This document shows, piece by piece, positions 1 through 7,919 of a stretch of DNA of 18,788 nucleotides (position 1 is the first letter of the stretch; the number at the start of each line of letters is the position of its first letter). The DNA comes from Candidatus Thorarchaeota archaeon (lineage in GTDB: Archaea; Asgardarchaeota; Thorarchaeia; Thorarchaeales; Thorarchaeaceae): assembly GCA_011364985.1 (NCBI GenBank), contig RDOC01000014.1:1-18788 (forward strand), in the 5' to 3' direction. A program made the position numbers and the translations under genes. The notes below the pieces were generated by a model. That model was not told the origin of the DNA and did no database searches. It was given only the letters and a program-made list of their open reading frames with translations.

Positions 1-349
1 AGCCTATGTGAAGAAGGAACGAATGAGCACTATCGAGGCGATCGGGTTCCTCAAGGAGGAAGGAGCTGTGCCTGTAATTGCGCACCCCCTCTCAGTAGGT
101 TTCCCAGATCTCAGGGAGTTCCTAATTGAGATGAAGAAGATGGGACTTCTAGGAGTTGAATCGGAATACAACTATCGTCCTATGAAGGTTGCAGTCAGTT
201 CCGAGGATGTCGGGAAGGCCAGTTTAGGGCTTAACCTTATCCAAACTGGAGGAAGCGACTATCACGGGAACCAATTAATGGCAAAACTTGGAAGCGTCAC
301 AGTCCCAACCGAGATTATTGAGAAGATAAGAAAAGCGGCGGATCGCTAA
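1..349 (+). CDS. PHP-domain (TrpH/YciV-like) metal-dependent phosphoesterase, C-terminal part (5' truncated by window edge)
   Basis: Motifs GAVPVIAHP, GLLGVESEY and LIQTGGSDYHG are typical of the C-terminal half of PHP/TrpH proteins. The frame is open upstream of the GTG at 8, so the gene probably starts before the window. Confidence 0.85.
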   Translation, partial: AYVKKERMSTIEAIGFLKEEGAVPVIAHPLSVGFPDLREFLIEMKKMGLLGVESEYNYRPMKVAVSSEDVGKASLGLNLIQTGGSDYHGNQLMAKLGSVTVPTEIIEKIRKAADR

Positions 350-351
350 AA

Positions 352-379
352 GGCGGAAGCCTAATTTGAGGCTATCGCC
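352..379 (+). other. Intercistronic stem-loop between the PHP and amidohydrolase genes
   Basis: GGCGGAAGCCT-AATTTG-AGGCTATCGCC: GGCG/CGCC and AGCCT/AGGCT pair, with one G-U pair and one mismatch; followed by AGCTTT. Confidence 0.45.
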
Positions 380-402
380 AGCTTTCAACGAGTGATAGAA
401 CC

Positions 403-1305
403 TTGAAGATAATCGACTCTCATGTTCATACTTGGACCCAACAAATCATTAGCAAGAAGGACATAGAGGCACGAAGAATTGCAGCTGAGCACTCCGGAAC
501 TGAACCACAGCTGAATTCGCCAGTTTTTGATCTGAGGAACGCAATGAAGAAAGCAGAAGTGAGTCACGCAGTGATTCTGCCCATTGACAGTGGGCTAAAC
601 CAGGACATGCCTTTGACCCTTCAGGAAAAGACTGACTATCATGTAGATGAAATCGAAGGAGACAAGACTCTTGTTACTTTTGTAGGGCTGGACCCCAGAA
701 GAGGAAAGGAGGGTCTCATTGAGTTGGAACGCGCCGTGAAAGAAAAGGGGTGCAGGGGCTGGAAGATGTATCCACCAAATGGGTTCTATCCTGACCAAGA
801 GGAGTTCTATCCGTACTACAACCTCTGTGTAGAACTTGGAGTGCCTGTTACGGTACACCAAGGGTTCACATCACGCTTCAAGTACGTGAAATATGCGAGG
901 CCGGTACATGTTGACAAGGTGGCTGTTGACTTTCCGGAATTGAAGATTATACTCGCTCACGTTGGCATCCCGTGGGTAAACGAGGCCCTCATGGTTGCAG
1001 CAAAAAATCCGAATGTGTCAGTAGACGTGTCAGGATGGCAGGTCTATGCGAAAACTCCACTCAAAATCTATCAAATGATAGCCGACGCGAAACTTGTCCA
1101 TGTATTTCCTAATCGTTTCCTGTGGGGAAGTGACTTCCCGCTTTTTGAAAATGATGTGACTTTACATGAGTGGGCCGAGTTCTTTCGCAATCTTCAGCTG
1201 CCACAGGAGATGATTGACCAAGGTTACAGACAGGTGAGCACTGAGGACATTGAACGGGTTATGTGGAAGAACGCTGCAAGATTGATGTTCGGTGAGAAAC
1301 AATGA
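403..1305 (+). CDS. Amidohydrolase family protein (Amidohydro_2, TIM-barrel metal-dependent hydrolase)
   Basis: IIDSHVH (HxH metal motif), GWKMYP, VPVTVHQG, IILAHVG and WGSDFP. TTG start preceded by GAGTGA. Confidence 0.9.
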   Translation: MKIIDSHVHTWTQQIISKKDIEARRIAAEHSGTEPQLNSPVFDLRNAMKKAEVSHAVILPIDSGLNQDMPLTLQEKTDYHVDEIEGDKTLVTFVGLDPRRGKEGLIELERAVKEKGCRGWKMYPPNGFYPDQEEFYPYYNLCVELGVPVTVHQGFTSRFKYVKYARPVHVDKVAVDFPELKIILAHVGIPWVNEALMVAAKNPNVSVDVSGWQVYAKTPLKIYQMIADAKLVHVFPNRFLWGSDFPLFENDVTLHEWAEFFRNLQLPQEMIDQGYRQVSTEDIERVMWKNAARLMFGEKQ

Positions 1306-1808
1306 CGAGCTTTGTTGTAGATGCAATGCTCGGGAAGGTAGCCCTCTGGTTGAGACTTGCTGGAAAGGACACCATCTATTCTCCCGATATTAATGACGAT
1401 GAACTGTTAGAGATTGCCAAGAATCAAAATCGCATCTTATTAACTTCGGATGCTGAGCTACACAATCGTGCTGAAGAAGCATGCTTAGAAACCATGTTAC
1501 TTCGAGGAACAGCAGACCAGCGTGTTGCAGCCGTGTTTCATCAATTCTCAATTAACCCCAAAATCGACCCATCAAAGTCACGTTGTTCGAAATGCAATGG
1601 AATTCTCACCGAGATTGATTCCAGTGACAAGGAAAGGATAAAGGATCTTGTCTTTGAGCAGACTTACAATCACTATGATCGATTTTGGCTGTGCAACGAA
1701 TGCAGAAGGGTCTTCTTTCAGGGTGGTCAATGGACCAACATTTCCAAGTACATGAAAAGGATAGAAAGGATGATTCAGATGCTAAAGGAGACTATTCAGC
1801 CTCTATGA
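1302..1808 (+). CDS. Mut7-C RNase domain protein (PIN-like domain plus C4 zinc ribbon)
   Basis: FVVDAMLGKVALWLRLAGKDT, DDELL, RILLTSD, then SRCSKCN...CNECRRVF. ATGA overlap with the upstream stop; GGTGA RBS. Confidence 0.9.
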   Translation: MTSFVVDAMLGKVALWLRLAGKDTIYSPDINDDELLEIAKNQNRILLTSDAELHNRAEEACLETMLLRGTADQRVAAVFHQFSINPKIDPSKSRCSKCNGILTEIDSSDKERIKDLVFEQTYNHYDRFWLCNECRRVFFQGGQWTNISKYMKRIERMIQMLKETIQPL

Positions 1809-2247
1809 CCTTGACATCAAACTCCATTGGTAGGCAGTCTGCTATAGTTCTGCTAAGATGGCAGTACTCCTGCATGAGCTCTGCGCATCTCTTTCCGGTC
1901 TCCAACTCGTCCTCTCCGACAATTACGGTACCGCTGACCTTCACGCCTGTGATTTTGTACCCGGACCCATCAAAGTCAGCTGTTGCAGCGCCTGAGAGTT
2001 CTAGGCTGATGAGTTCCAGTTCGAATCTTCTCTGAAAATCCAAGAATGTGTTGTTCAAGCAGGCTAGCAAGCTGGCTACAAAGAGCTCATCAGGGCAGAT
2101 TCCTTCACCTCTACCACCATATGTCTTGGGGGTGTCCAGAACGACTTTTCGCCCATTACTCACCGAACCAAGGCATCCTGTCTGACCATCCCAATTAGTA
2201 GTTGCTTGATACTCAATGTGCTCAGGGTACTTGGCCTTTAGCTTCAT
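1792..2247 (-). CDS. OsmC/Ohr family protein
   Basis: DTPKTYGGRGEGICPDELFVASLLAC and EYCHLSR contain the two conserved OsmC cysteines; GAGGT upstream of the ATG. Confidence 0.9.
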   Translation of the reverse strand: MKLKAKYPEHIEYQATTNWDGQTGCLGSVSNGRKVVLDTPKTYGGRGEGICPDELFVASLLACLNNTFLDFQRRFELELISLELSGAATADFDGSGYKITGVKVSGTVIVGEDELETGKRCAELMQEYCHLSRTIADCLPMEFDVKVIEAE

Positions 2248-2350
2248 CGCTCATAACCTCACACAACTGAGAATCTAGCCACGGATTAAGGATTGTGGTA
2301 CCATTTCTATTTCCATGTTGGCTAAGCACAAATGAGAATGTCAGGAAGTG

Positions 2351-2358
2351 ATTTAAAC
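2351..2358 (+). promoter_or_regulatory. Putative archaeal TATA box for the dehydrogenase gene
   Basis: ATTTAAAC lies about 35-40 nt upstream of the ATG at 2392. Confidence 0.3.
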
Positions 2359-2391
2359 CGACAGCACTTAGTTGCGGCGAGGCCTCAGTCC

Positions 2392-3435
2392 ATGAATCGT
2401 CGAATGAAGGCTGCGGTGTATCATAATGTTGGCGATGTTAGATACGAAGAAACCGACATTCCAGAGATTGGAGATGGAGAACTGCTCGTAAAGGTTGGTA
2501 CTGCACTAACCTGCGGAACGGATGTGAAGACCTACAAGAGAGGACACCCCGTTTTATTGAGTAGCCTTCCCACCTTGTTTGGTCATGAATATGCGGGGAC
2601 CATTGAAGAAGTGGGAAATAACGTTGAGGGCTTTGAGAAGGGAATGAGGGTTGTAGCCACAAACTCCGCTCCCTGCGGGACGTGTTTCTTTTGCAAGCGC
2701 GGTAGTCCTAATCTATGCCCTCAGCTCAAGTCATCTCTTGTGAATGGAGCCTTTGCGGAGTATATTCGCGTCCCGGCTCCGGTTGTGAAATGGAACACAC
2801 ATCAAATTCCAGACAGCCTGCGCTTCCGCGAGGCAGCTCTAACAGAGCCCTTGGCATGTGTTGTTCATGGGATTCAAGAAGCCGATATCAGACTCGGTGA
2901 TACAGTGGCGATCATTGGGGCTGGACCAATTGGACAGATGCTCATTATGCTGGCAAAGAAGAGCGGTGCATCTACGGTAATCGTGTCAGACTTTGCAGAA
3001 TTAAGGAGGAATACGGCAAAACGTGCGGGAGCTGACATTGTTGTTGACCCAGAAGCTGAGAATCCCATTGGGAGGGTGAAAGAAGAAACCTCTGGATACG
3101 GAGCCGACGTAGTAATCGAAGCAGTGGGACTTCCGACGACATGGGAACAGGCAGTAGATATGACAAGAGATGCAGGAACAACAATCCTCTTCGGGGGTGC
3201 AGCATCTGGTACAAAATTCGAGTTGGACACAGTTAGATTCCATTATGGTCAGCTCACAATAAAGGGGGTGTTTCACTTAACCCCCCGCCATGTTGGACAA
3301 GCCTTGAAGTTAATCATTGCAGGAGATATTGACCCTGACATTCTCATTTCACATGAGATGCCTCTTAAGAGGGTGACAGAGGCCCTTGAGATGATGGGCG
3401 CTGGCAAGAGTATGAAGGTTGCCATCAAGCCATAA
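2392..3435 (+). CDS. Zinc-dependent MDR dehydrogenase (L-iditol/threonine dehydrogenase-like)
   Basis: MKAAVY start region, catalytic Zn motifs TCGTD and GHE, structural Zn CGTCFFCKRGSPNLC, EPLAC, and Rossmann GAGPIG followed by an acidic VSD (suggests NAD). Start more likely 2392 or 2404 than 2332. Confidence 0.92.
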   Translation: MNRRMKAAVYHNVGDVRYEETDIPEIGDGELLVKVGTALTCGTDVKTYKRGHPVLLSSLPTLFGHEYAGTIEEVGNNVEGFEKGMRVVATNSAPCGTCFFCKRGSPNLCPQLKSSLVNGAFAEYIRVPAPVVKWNTHQIPDSLRFREAALTEPLACVVHGIQEADIRLGDTVAIIGAGPIGQMLIMLAKKSGASTVIVSDFAELRRNTAKRAGADIVVDPEAENPIGRVKEETSGYGADVVIEAVGLPTTWEQAVDMTRDAGTTILFGGAASGTKFELDTVRFHYGQLTIKGVFHLTPRHVGQALKLIIAGDIDPDILISHEMPLKRVTEALEMMGAGKSMKVAIKP

Positions 3436-3522
3436 TCAGAAGCAGAGTTGCTCTTGATGCATGAAAGAAATGAAGACTCGCTAGCTGGCAAGGGCCGCTC
3501 ATGGAGAGAAACTAGCAGGATA

Positions 3523-3942
3523 ATGCGCAAAATGAGGCCCTTGAGAAATAACGAGAGAACCCTAATCCAAACAATCGAGTCTCTTGACGACAAGTATCAA
3601 GGGCTTGTGGTAATTGTAGAGGGACGACGTGACGAGGCAATATTGAAAAATCTTGGACTAAGGAGTCCAATCATTAAAACACAGGCTGGAATAAGTAGAC
3701 TGGAACTCGTTGAGAATATTGTTGCTGAAGTGGGGTCCTCTGGCCAAGTTCTGATTCTTACGGACTATGATGTAGAAGGAGAAGAGATACGAGCTGCACT
3801 TGAGCAGGAATTAGAGATCAGGCACATTAGGATTCTACGAGGAGTACGGAATAGGATTCAAAGGCTCATGGGAAACTGGCGGTGCATAGAAGAGATGGTG
3901 TCACTCTTCAAAAGAAAGGACTCTCCGGAGCCGGCCTCTTAG
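3523..3942 (+). CDS. Stand-alone TOPRIM domain protein (archaeal UPF0292 / RNase M5-like)
   Basis: VIVEGRRDE and LILTDYDVEGEE give the TOPRIM E and DxD motifs. ATG at 3523 follows AGCAGGA; the ORF track starts at 3448. Confidence 0.85.
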   Translation: MRKMRPLRNNERTLIQTIESLDDKYQGLVVIVEGRRDEAILKNLGLRSPIIKTQAGISRLELVENIVAEVGSSGQVLILTDYDVEGEEIRAALEQELEIRHIRILRGVRNRIQRLMGNWRCIEEMVSLFKRKDSPEPAS

Positions 3943-3969
3943 AAGCCCCGGAAACTAGGCCATTGTCAC

Positions 3970-5001
3970 TCATACTGTGACTTGGCTCCCACAATTCGGA
4001 CAGATATACTTCCCAGCAGGTATGTCTGAACCGCACACTCTGCAAGTACGAGCCTTCCGCACTCGAATGGAATCGACTATGTCACCAACTTGAGGTTCGA
4101 GTATGAATTTGTTATCCCGATAGGTTATTTTGAACTCCTTCGGGTTCCCGGCTAACTCAAGCAACTCCATTGGCATTGGGAGACGATATTTGTCGTCGAG
4201 ACGCAGAATTCTTGTTGTATCAAGCGTGTCGAGGTCAATACCAGTCTGATGAAAACCAGAGATAACACCGTCCCGAATCTCCACTGTCACATCTGCCTTT
4301 GAGGCAACCTGCTGACTGTGAGTGACAATGAAGAAGGAGGTTCCAAGGGACTCATTGAGCTCCCGGAATAGATCGAGAATACGCTCGCCGGTTTCCGGGT
4401 CCAGATCTCCAGTGGGCTCGTCGCAGAGAACGAGTCCCTTCCCTTCATGGTCAAAGAGATTAACCAACGCGCTAGCGATGGCCACACGGGAGCGCTCACC
4501 GCCAGAGAGGGTAGTTGCCTTGTTTCTCTTCCGCTCCTCCAGACCAACTATCTTGATCAACTTGTCTACACGTTCCTTCCGAACACTCCGGGGGACTCCG
4601 GCGATTCGTGCGGCCAGCTCTACATTCTGCCAAGCGTTCAGGTGAGGCAAAAGGTTGTTAATCTGAAACACAAAGCCCATGAAGGAACGACGTGCCTCTG
4701 TGAGCACTCGTTCACTCAGTCTGGTGATATCTTTTCTAAGATTAGCCCAGTACACCTTTCCAACGGTTGCCTTGGTGATACCACCAAGTACGTTGATTAG
4801 CGTGGTCTTACCGGATCCCGAGGGGCCAACGACGGCCATTATCTTCCCTTCTAGTATCTGAAGGGAAATACCACTAAGGGCAACTACCTCGAGTTCGTTA
4901 GTCTTGTAGATCTTGTAGCAGTTGTGAAGACTCGCCACGATGTCATCGGGCATCTCTCCAAAGATGTCGAGTTCTTCTGTGGTTTGAGTAGTCGTTACCA
5001 T
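3970..5001 (-). CDS. ABC ATPase (LolD/MacB/FtsE family) with C-terminal AbrB/MraZ-like segment and C4 zinc ribbon
   Basis: Walker A GPSGSGKT, Q-loop GFVFQ, LSGGE, LCDEPTGDLD and VTHS. Tail reads LRLDDKYRLPMPMELL...FILEP then CRVC-x10-CPNC. Confidence 0.92.
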   Translation of the reverse strand: MVTTTQTTEELDIFGEMPDDIVASLHNCYKIYKTNELEVVALSGISLQILEGKIMAVVGPSGSGKTTLINVLGGITKATVGKVYWANLRKDITRLSERVLTEARRSFMGFVFQINNLLPHLNAWQNVELAARIAGVPRSVRKERVDKLIKIVGLEERKRNKATTLSGGERSRVAIASALVNLFDHEGKGLVLCDEPTGDLDPETGERILDLFRELNESLGTSFFIVTHSQQVASKADVTVEIRDGVISGFHQTGIDLDTLDTTRILRLDDKYRLPMPMELLELAGNPKEFKITYRDNKFILEPQVGDIVDSIRVRKARTCRVCGSDIPAGKYICPNCGSQVTV

Positions 5002-5011
5002 TTTCTTTGCC

Positions 5012-7918
5012 TCACAAGTTTCTCAATACTTGTGCTGGGTCAACTGACCCAGCTCTGCGAGCTGGTATGTAGCACGCAATTACCATCACCATGCCCTCAA
5101 GGGTCAGTGTCAGTACCATTACTGTGACCGGAAGCGCAATGGTCTCTGCAAGAATGGGAAATACCATGGAGATTCCCAATGTAAGAAACGTCATGACATA
5201 TCCGAACACGATTCCTAGAATGAAGCTGATTGCCAAGGCAGCCAGAATGAGCCCTGCAAACTCACCAAATACCATGGATACAACCTGCTTCTTTGTGCCG
5301 CCAAGAGCTCTGAATATGGCGTACTCAGACTGACGTTCACTGACTGCCGAGCTTAAGAACAAACCGATTGCCGAAAGCCCCATTGCTGCGCAAAGAATGT
5401 AGCTGATCGTGGTAAGACCTTGGGTCCCTGTCAGGAAGGGGCTTATTCCTGGCAAATCTAAGAGGCTAACATTCTCCACAGTATATATCTCTGCGTTCTT
5501 ATCTGATCGAATCACTTCCACAAGAGGCTGGACCTCTTCATAAGATGTTATGTCAACAAGGTAGACCTCTACATCAGATATGGCCGTGACATTTGAGAGG
5601 TATTCAAGGTTGACAAGTGCAAAGCCGCGTAGTGATACTTGGAAACCGAAATAGGCTCCAAAAGGTGTACCCCCAAGATCAGCCGCTGCCGCCATGCCAA
5701 AGCCTGGTGCGCTCTTCATAATTCCGACGATTTCAAAATCGACAAAGATTGTGGAGGTGCTTGTAGCAACGAGCACTGTGACTTGGTCGCCGACGCCTCG
5801 GCCCCAGATCTCTGAATAGAACTGGCTGATTACAATTCCATTCTCTGTGCCGTTCAGACTGGTAAGAACTGACTGCGGCGTCCCTGACACGAAACTACTA
5901 GAATCGAAGTCGGCAACATTCAGATATACCGTGGGTCTTATTCCTTTCAGCCAAAAGATCTCCGTACCAACAGCTGCTGTGGTATGCACAACTGGAGAAG
6001 CCGCCACGACACCCGGGAAGTCCTCGATTGTATCAAAGAAGCTCAATGGGGTGCCATATGTCTCGACCCTCATATCTGCACCAAGTGAATATCGCATTTC
6101 ACGATCTAGAGTTGCCTCGAAGCTTTGAGTTTGAATCAGCACCATAGTAGTTGTGGTCAGAGTAAGCGTGAGAATGACCAAAAGGGGTATGAACTGCCCC
6201 TTGCGCCTTCGAAGGCTCTGCTGCAAATAGAGAGATTTTTCTCCAATAATCGGTGTGAACTTCCCAGAGGCATGTGACGTTGCAATACGCATTGCTCGTG
6301 AGCCCAGATACGCTGATGCGAATAGACCAACGGTAGCAACAAGGAGCTGGAGAAGTGCAATCTCATTGACTGGAGGGATCAATATGGGCATAGCTATCAA
6401 GACTGACACGATCAATAGGAGACCCAAGGGATACACAAGTGGATTGGTTTCCTCAGGCAGTTCGTACTCGTTTCGGCTTGTGGGCTGACCGACTTCTGAA
6501 ACATCTATGCGTCTTGCCACATGCAGCAAGTATGCAGAAGGCAGATACATGGAGATAGCAGCAGCCAATATGACCGCCTGAATTGGCACTACTGTGCTCT
6601 CAAGGAATAGCTGAAAGGTCTCCATATTAAAGGTCAATAGTCCTGTGGATGCGCCCATCAGTGGAGCCATCACTAGTGATAGAAAGAAACCTACAATGAA
6701 TCCAATTGCGGCCAGTACGATGGATTCCCATATTACAGCTGCAAAGATCTGATTGAAAGAGGCGCCCTTGGCCCTGAGGGCGCTAATCTCCCCTCTTCGA
6801 TAGGAAATTGAGGTTTCCGATGTGAATATGGTGAGCATAAGGCTCATGATCATAACTGGTAAAGCCAAGATGATTAGTACCTGACTTCGGACATAGGTTG
6901 CGATGTGAGCTTGGAGTTCATCAATGGTTGTAAGGCCCGTCACCCGAAGCTCAGGGAACATCTCTTCTATCCGGACTTTTAGAGAGGCCAGATTATAAGT
7001 CACCGTTGTCAAACCGGCGGCCTTCAGTTCCTCGGCTGAGGCACGCAAAAGACCAACGGGCGAAAAATAGCCGCGTGTAGAAACATCATTTATGACAGCA
7101 GGGTCGAGTTGGTCTTGCAACATGATTACTGAGTCGTTCATGCCTAGAACTGTGTCCGGCCTGCCTAGGGGATCCCAGTTCAGACGAGACCTTGAAGTGA
7201 ACAGCTGACCAAGCATCGACACACGAACTACCTTGAATATGCCAACTACTCGAAGTCCTTTGAGTCCGATTCGGCCCAGTTCTTCAGGAGTGGCCCATTC
7301 GTCATCTTTTGGACGCTGTTTTGCGCCATAGCGGAGAATATCGAGGCTAATCACGCTGCCAATGTCAATCGTCACATCGTGCACGACTGCAGCGGATTCC
7401 ACAAAGTATTCTGAAACAATGACTTCACCTGGGTCCAATCGAAGTTCGCCTCTCCACTCAAGCTCAGTGGAAAAAGCATCAAGCATCTCATTGTTTCCAA
7501 GTATGATGCGCCCGTCCTTGATTCCTTCGCGATAGTTCAGATATCCTATATTATACAGTGTCCAATCATCCCAATCACCTTGAAGGATACATACCGATGA
7601 TGGCACTACATGCGCGTACTCAATGAAAGGACTAGCCAATGCAAAATCGCGCGCCTCTACCAGAGAGGAGTAATCTGTCAGAGAGGTCTGAACACGCAGA
7701 TTGATTTGATAGGCATTCTCTTCGAAGTACTCATCGACTGCAAGCGATGTTCCTGTTCCGGTCCAGATGAACACCGTTGTTGGGATGGAAACGCTGACCG
7801 CAAGGATAAGAGCAATTCCAATGTTGCGGACCTTATGATTCCAGAGAGATGTCATAGCGTATGACGGAGGCCACCAAATGCTTCCCTTCAGCATTTCATG
7901 TTGTACCACTTCTTTCAC
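5012..7918 (-). CDS. Large FtsX/MacB-type ABC permease with two FtsX repeats (about 968 aa)
   Basis: Two FtsX motifs (RRGEISALRAKGAS, RQSEYAIFRALGGT), multiple TM helices, two large extracytoplasmic domains, C-terminal PARRAGSVDPAQVLR. True start may be GTG 7909 (after GAGGTGA) or ATG 7894. Confidence 0.92.
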   Translation of the reverse strand: MKEVVQHEMLKGSIWWPPSYAMTSLWNHKVRNIGIALILAVSVSIPTTVFIWTGTGTSLAVDEYFEENAYQINLRVQTSLTDYSSLVEARDFALASPFIEYAHVVPSSVCILQGDWDDWTLYNIGYLNYREGIKDGRIILGNNEMLDAFSTELEWRGELRLDPGEVIVSEYFVESAAVVHDVTIDIGSVISLDILRYGAKQRPKDDEWATPEELGRIGLKGLRVVGIFKVVRVSMLGQLFTSRSRLNWDPLGRPDTVLGMNDSVIMLQDQLDPAVINDVSTRGYFSPVGLLRASAEELKAAGLTTVTYNLASLKVRIEEMFPELRVTGLTTIDELQAHIATYVRSQVLIILALPVMIMSLMLTIFTSETSISYRRGEISALRAKGASFNQIFAAVIWESIVLAAIGFIVGFFLSLVMAPLMGASTGLLTFNMETFQLFLESTVVPIQAVILAAAISMYLPSAYLLHVARRIDVSEVGQPTSRNEYELPEETNPLVYPLGLLLIVSVLIAMPILIPPVNEIALLQLLVATVGLFASAYLGSRAMRIATSHASGKFTPIIGEKSLYLQQSLRRRKGQFIPLLVILTLTLTTTTMVLIQTQSFEATLDREMRYSLGADMRVETYGTPLSFFDTIEDFPGVVAASPVVHTTAAVGTEIFWLKGIRPTVYLNVADFDSSSFVSGTPQSVLTSLNGTENGIVISQFYSEIWGRGVGDQVTVLVATSTSTIFVDFEIVGIMKSAPGFGMAAAADLGGTPFGAYFGFQVSLRGFALVNLEYLSNVTAISDVEVYLVDITSYEEVQPLVEVIRSDKNAEIYTVENVSLLDLPGISPFLTGTQGLTTISYILCAAMGLSAIGLFLSSAVSERQSEYAIFRALGGTKKQVVSMVFGEFAGLILAALAISFILGIVFGYVMTFLTLGISMVFPILAETIALPVTVMVLTLTLEGMVMVIACYIPARRAGSVDPAQVLRNL

Positions 7919-7919
7919 C

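Noticed and set aside
1792-1808. Convergent 3' overlaps (Mut7-C/OsmC 17 bp; also ogg1/priL 8 bp at 13161-13168)
   Set aside because: Such overlaps are common in compact archaeal genomes and are not evidence of antisense regulation.
2276-2324. GGATT direct repeat and TAGCCA/TGGCTA inverted pair in the OsmC/dehydrogenase divergent region
   Set aside because: The repeats are too short and loosely spaced to distinguish from chance.
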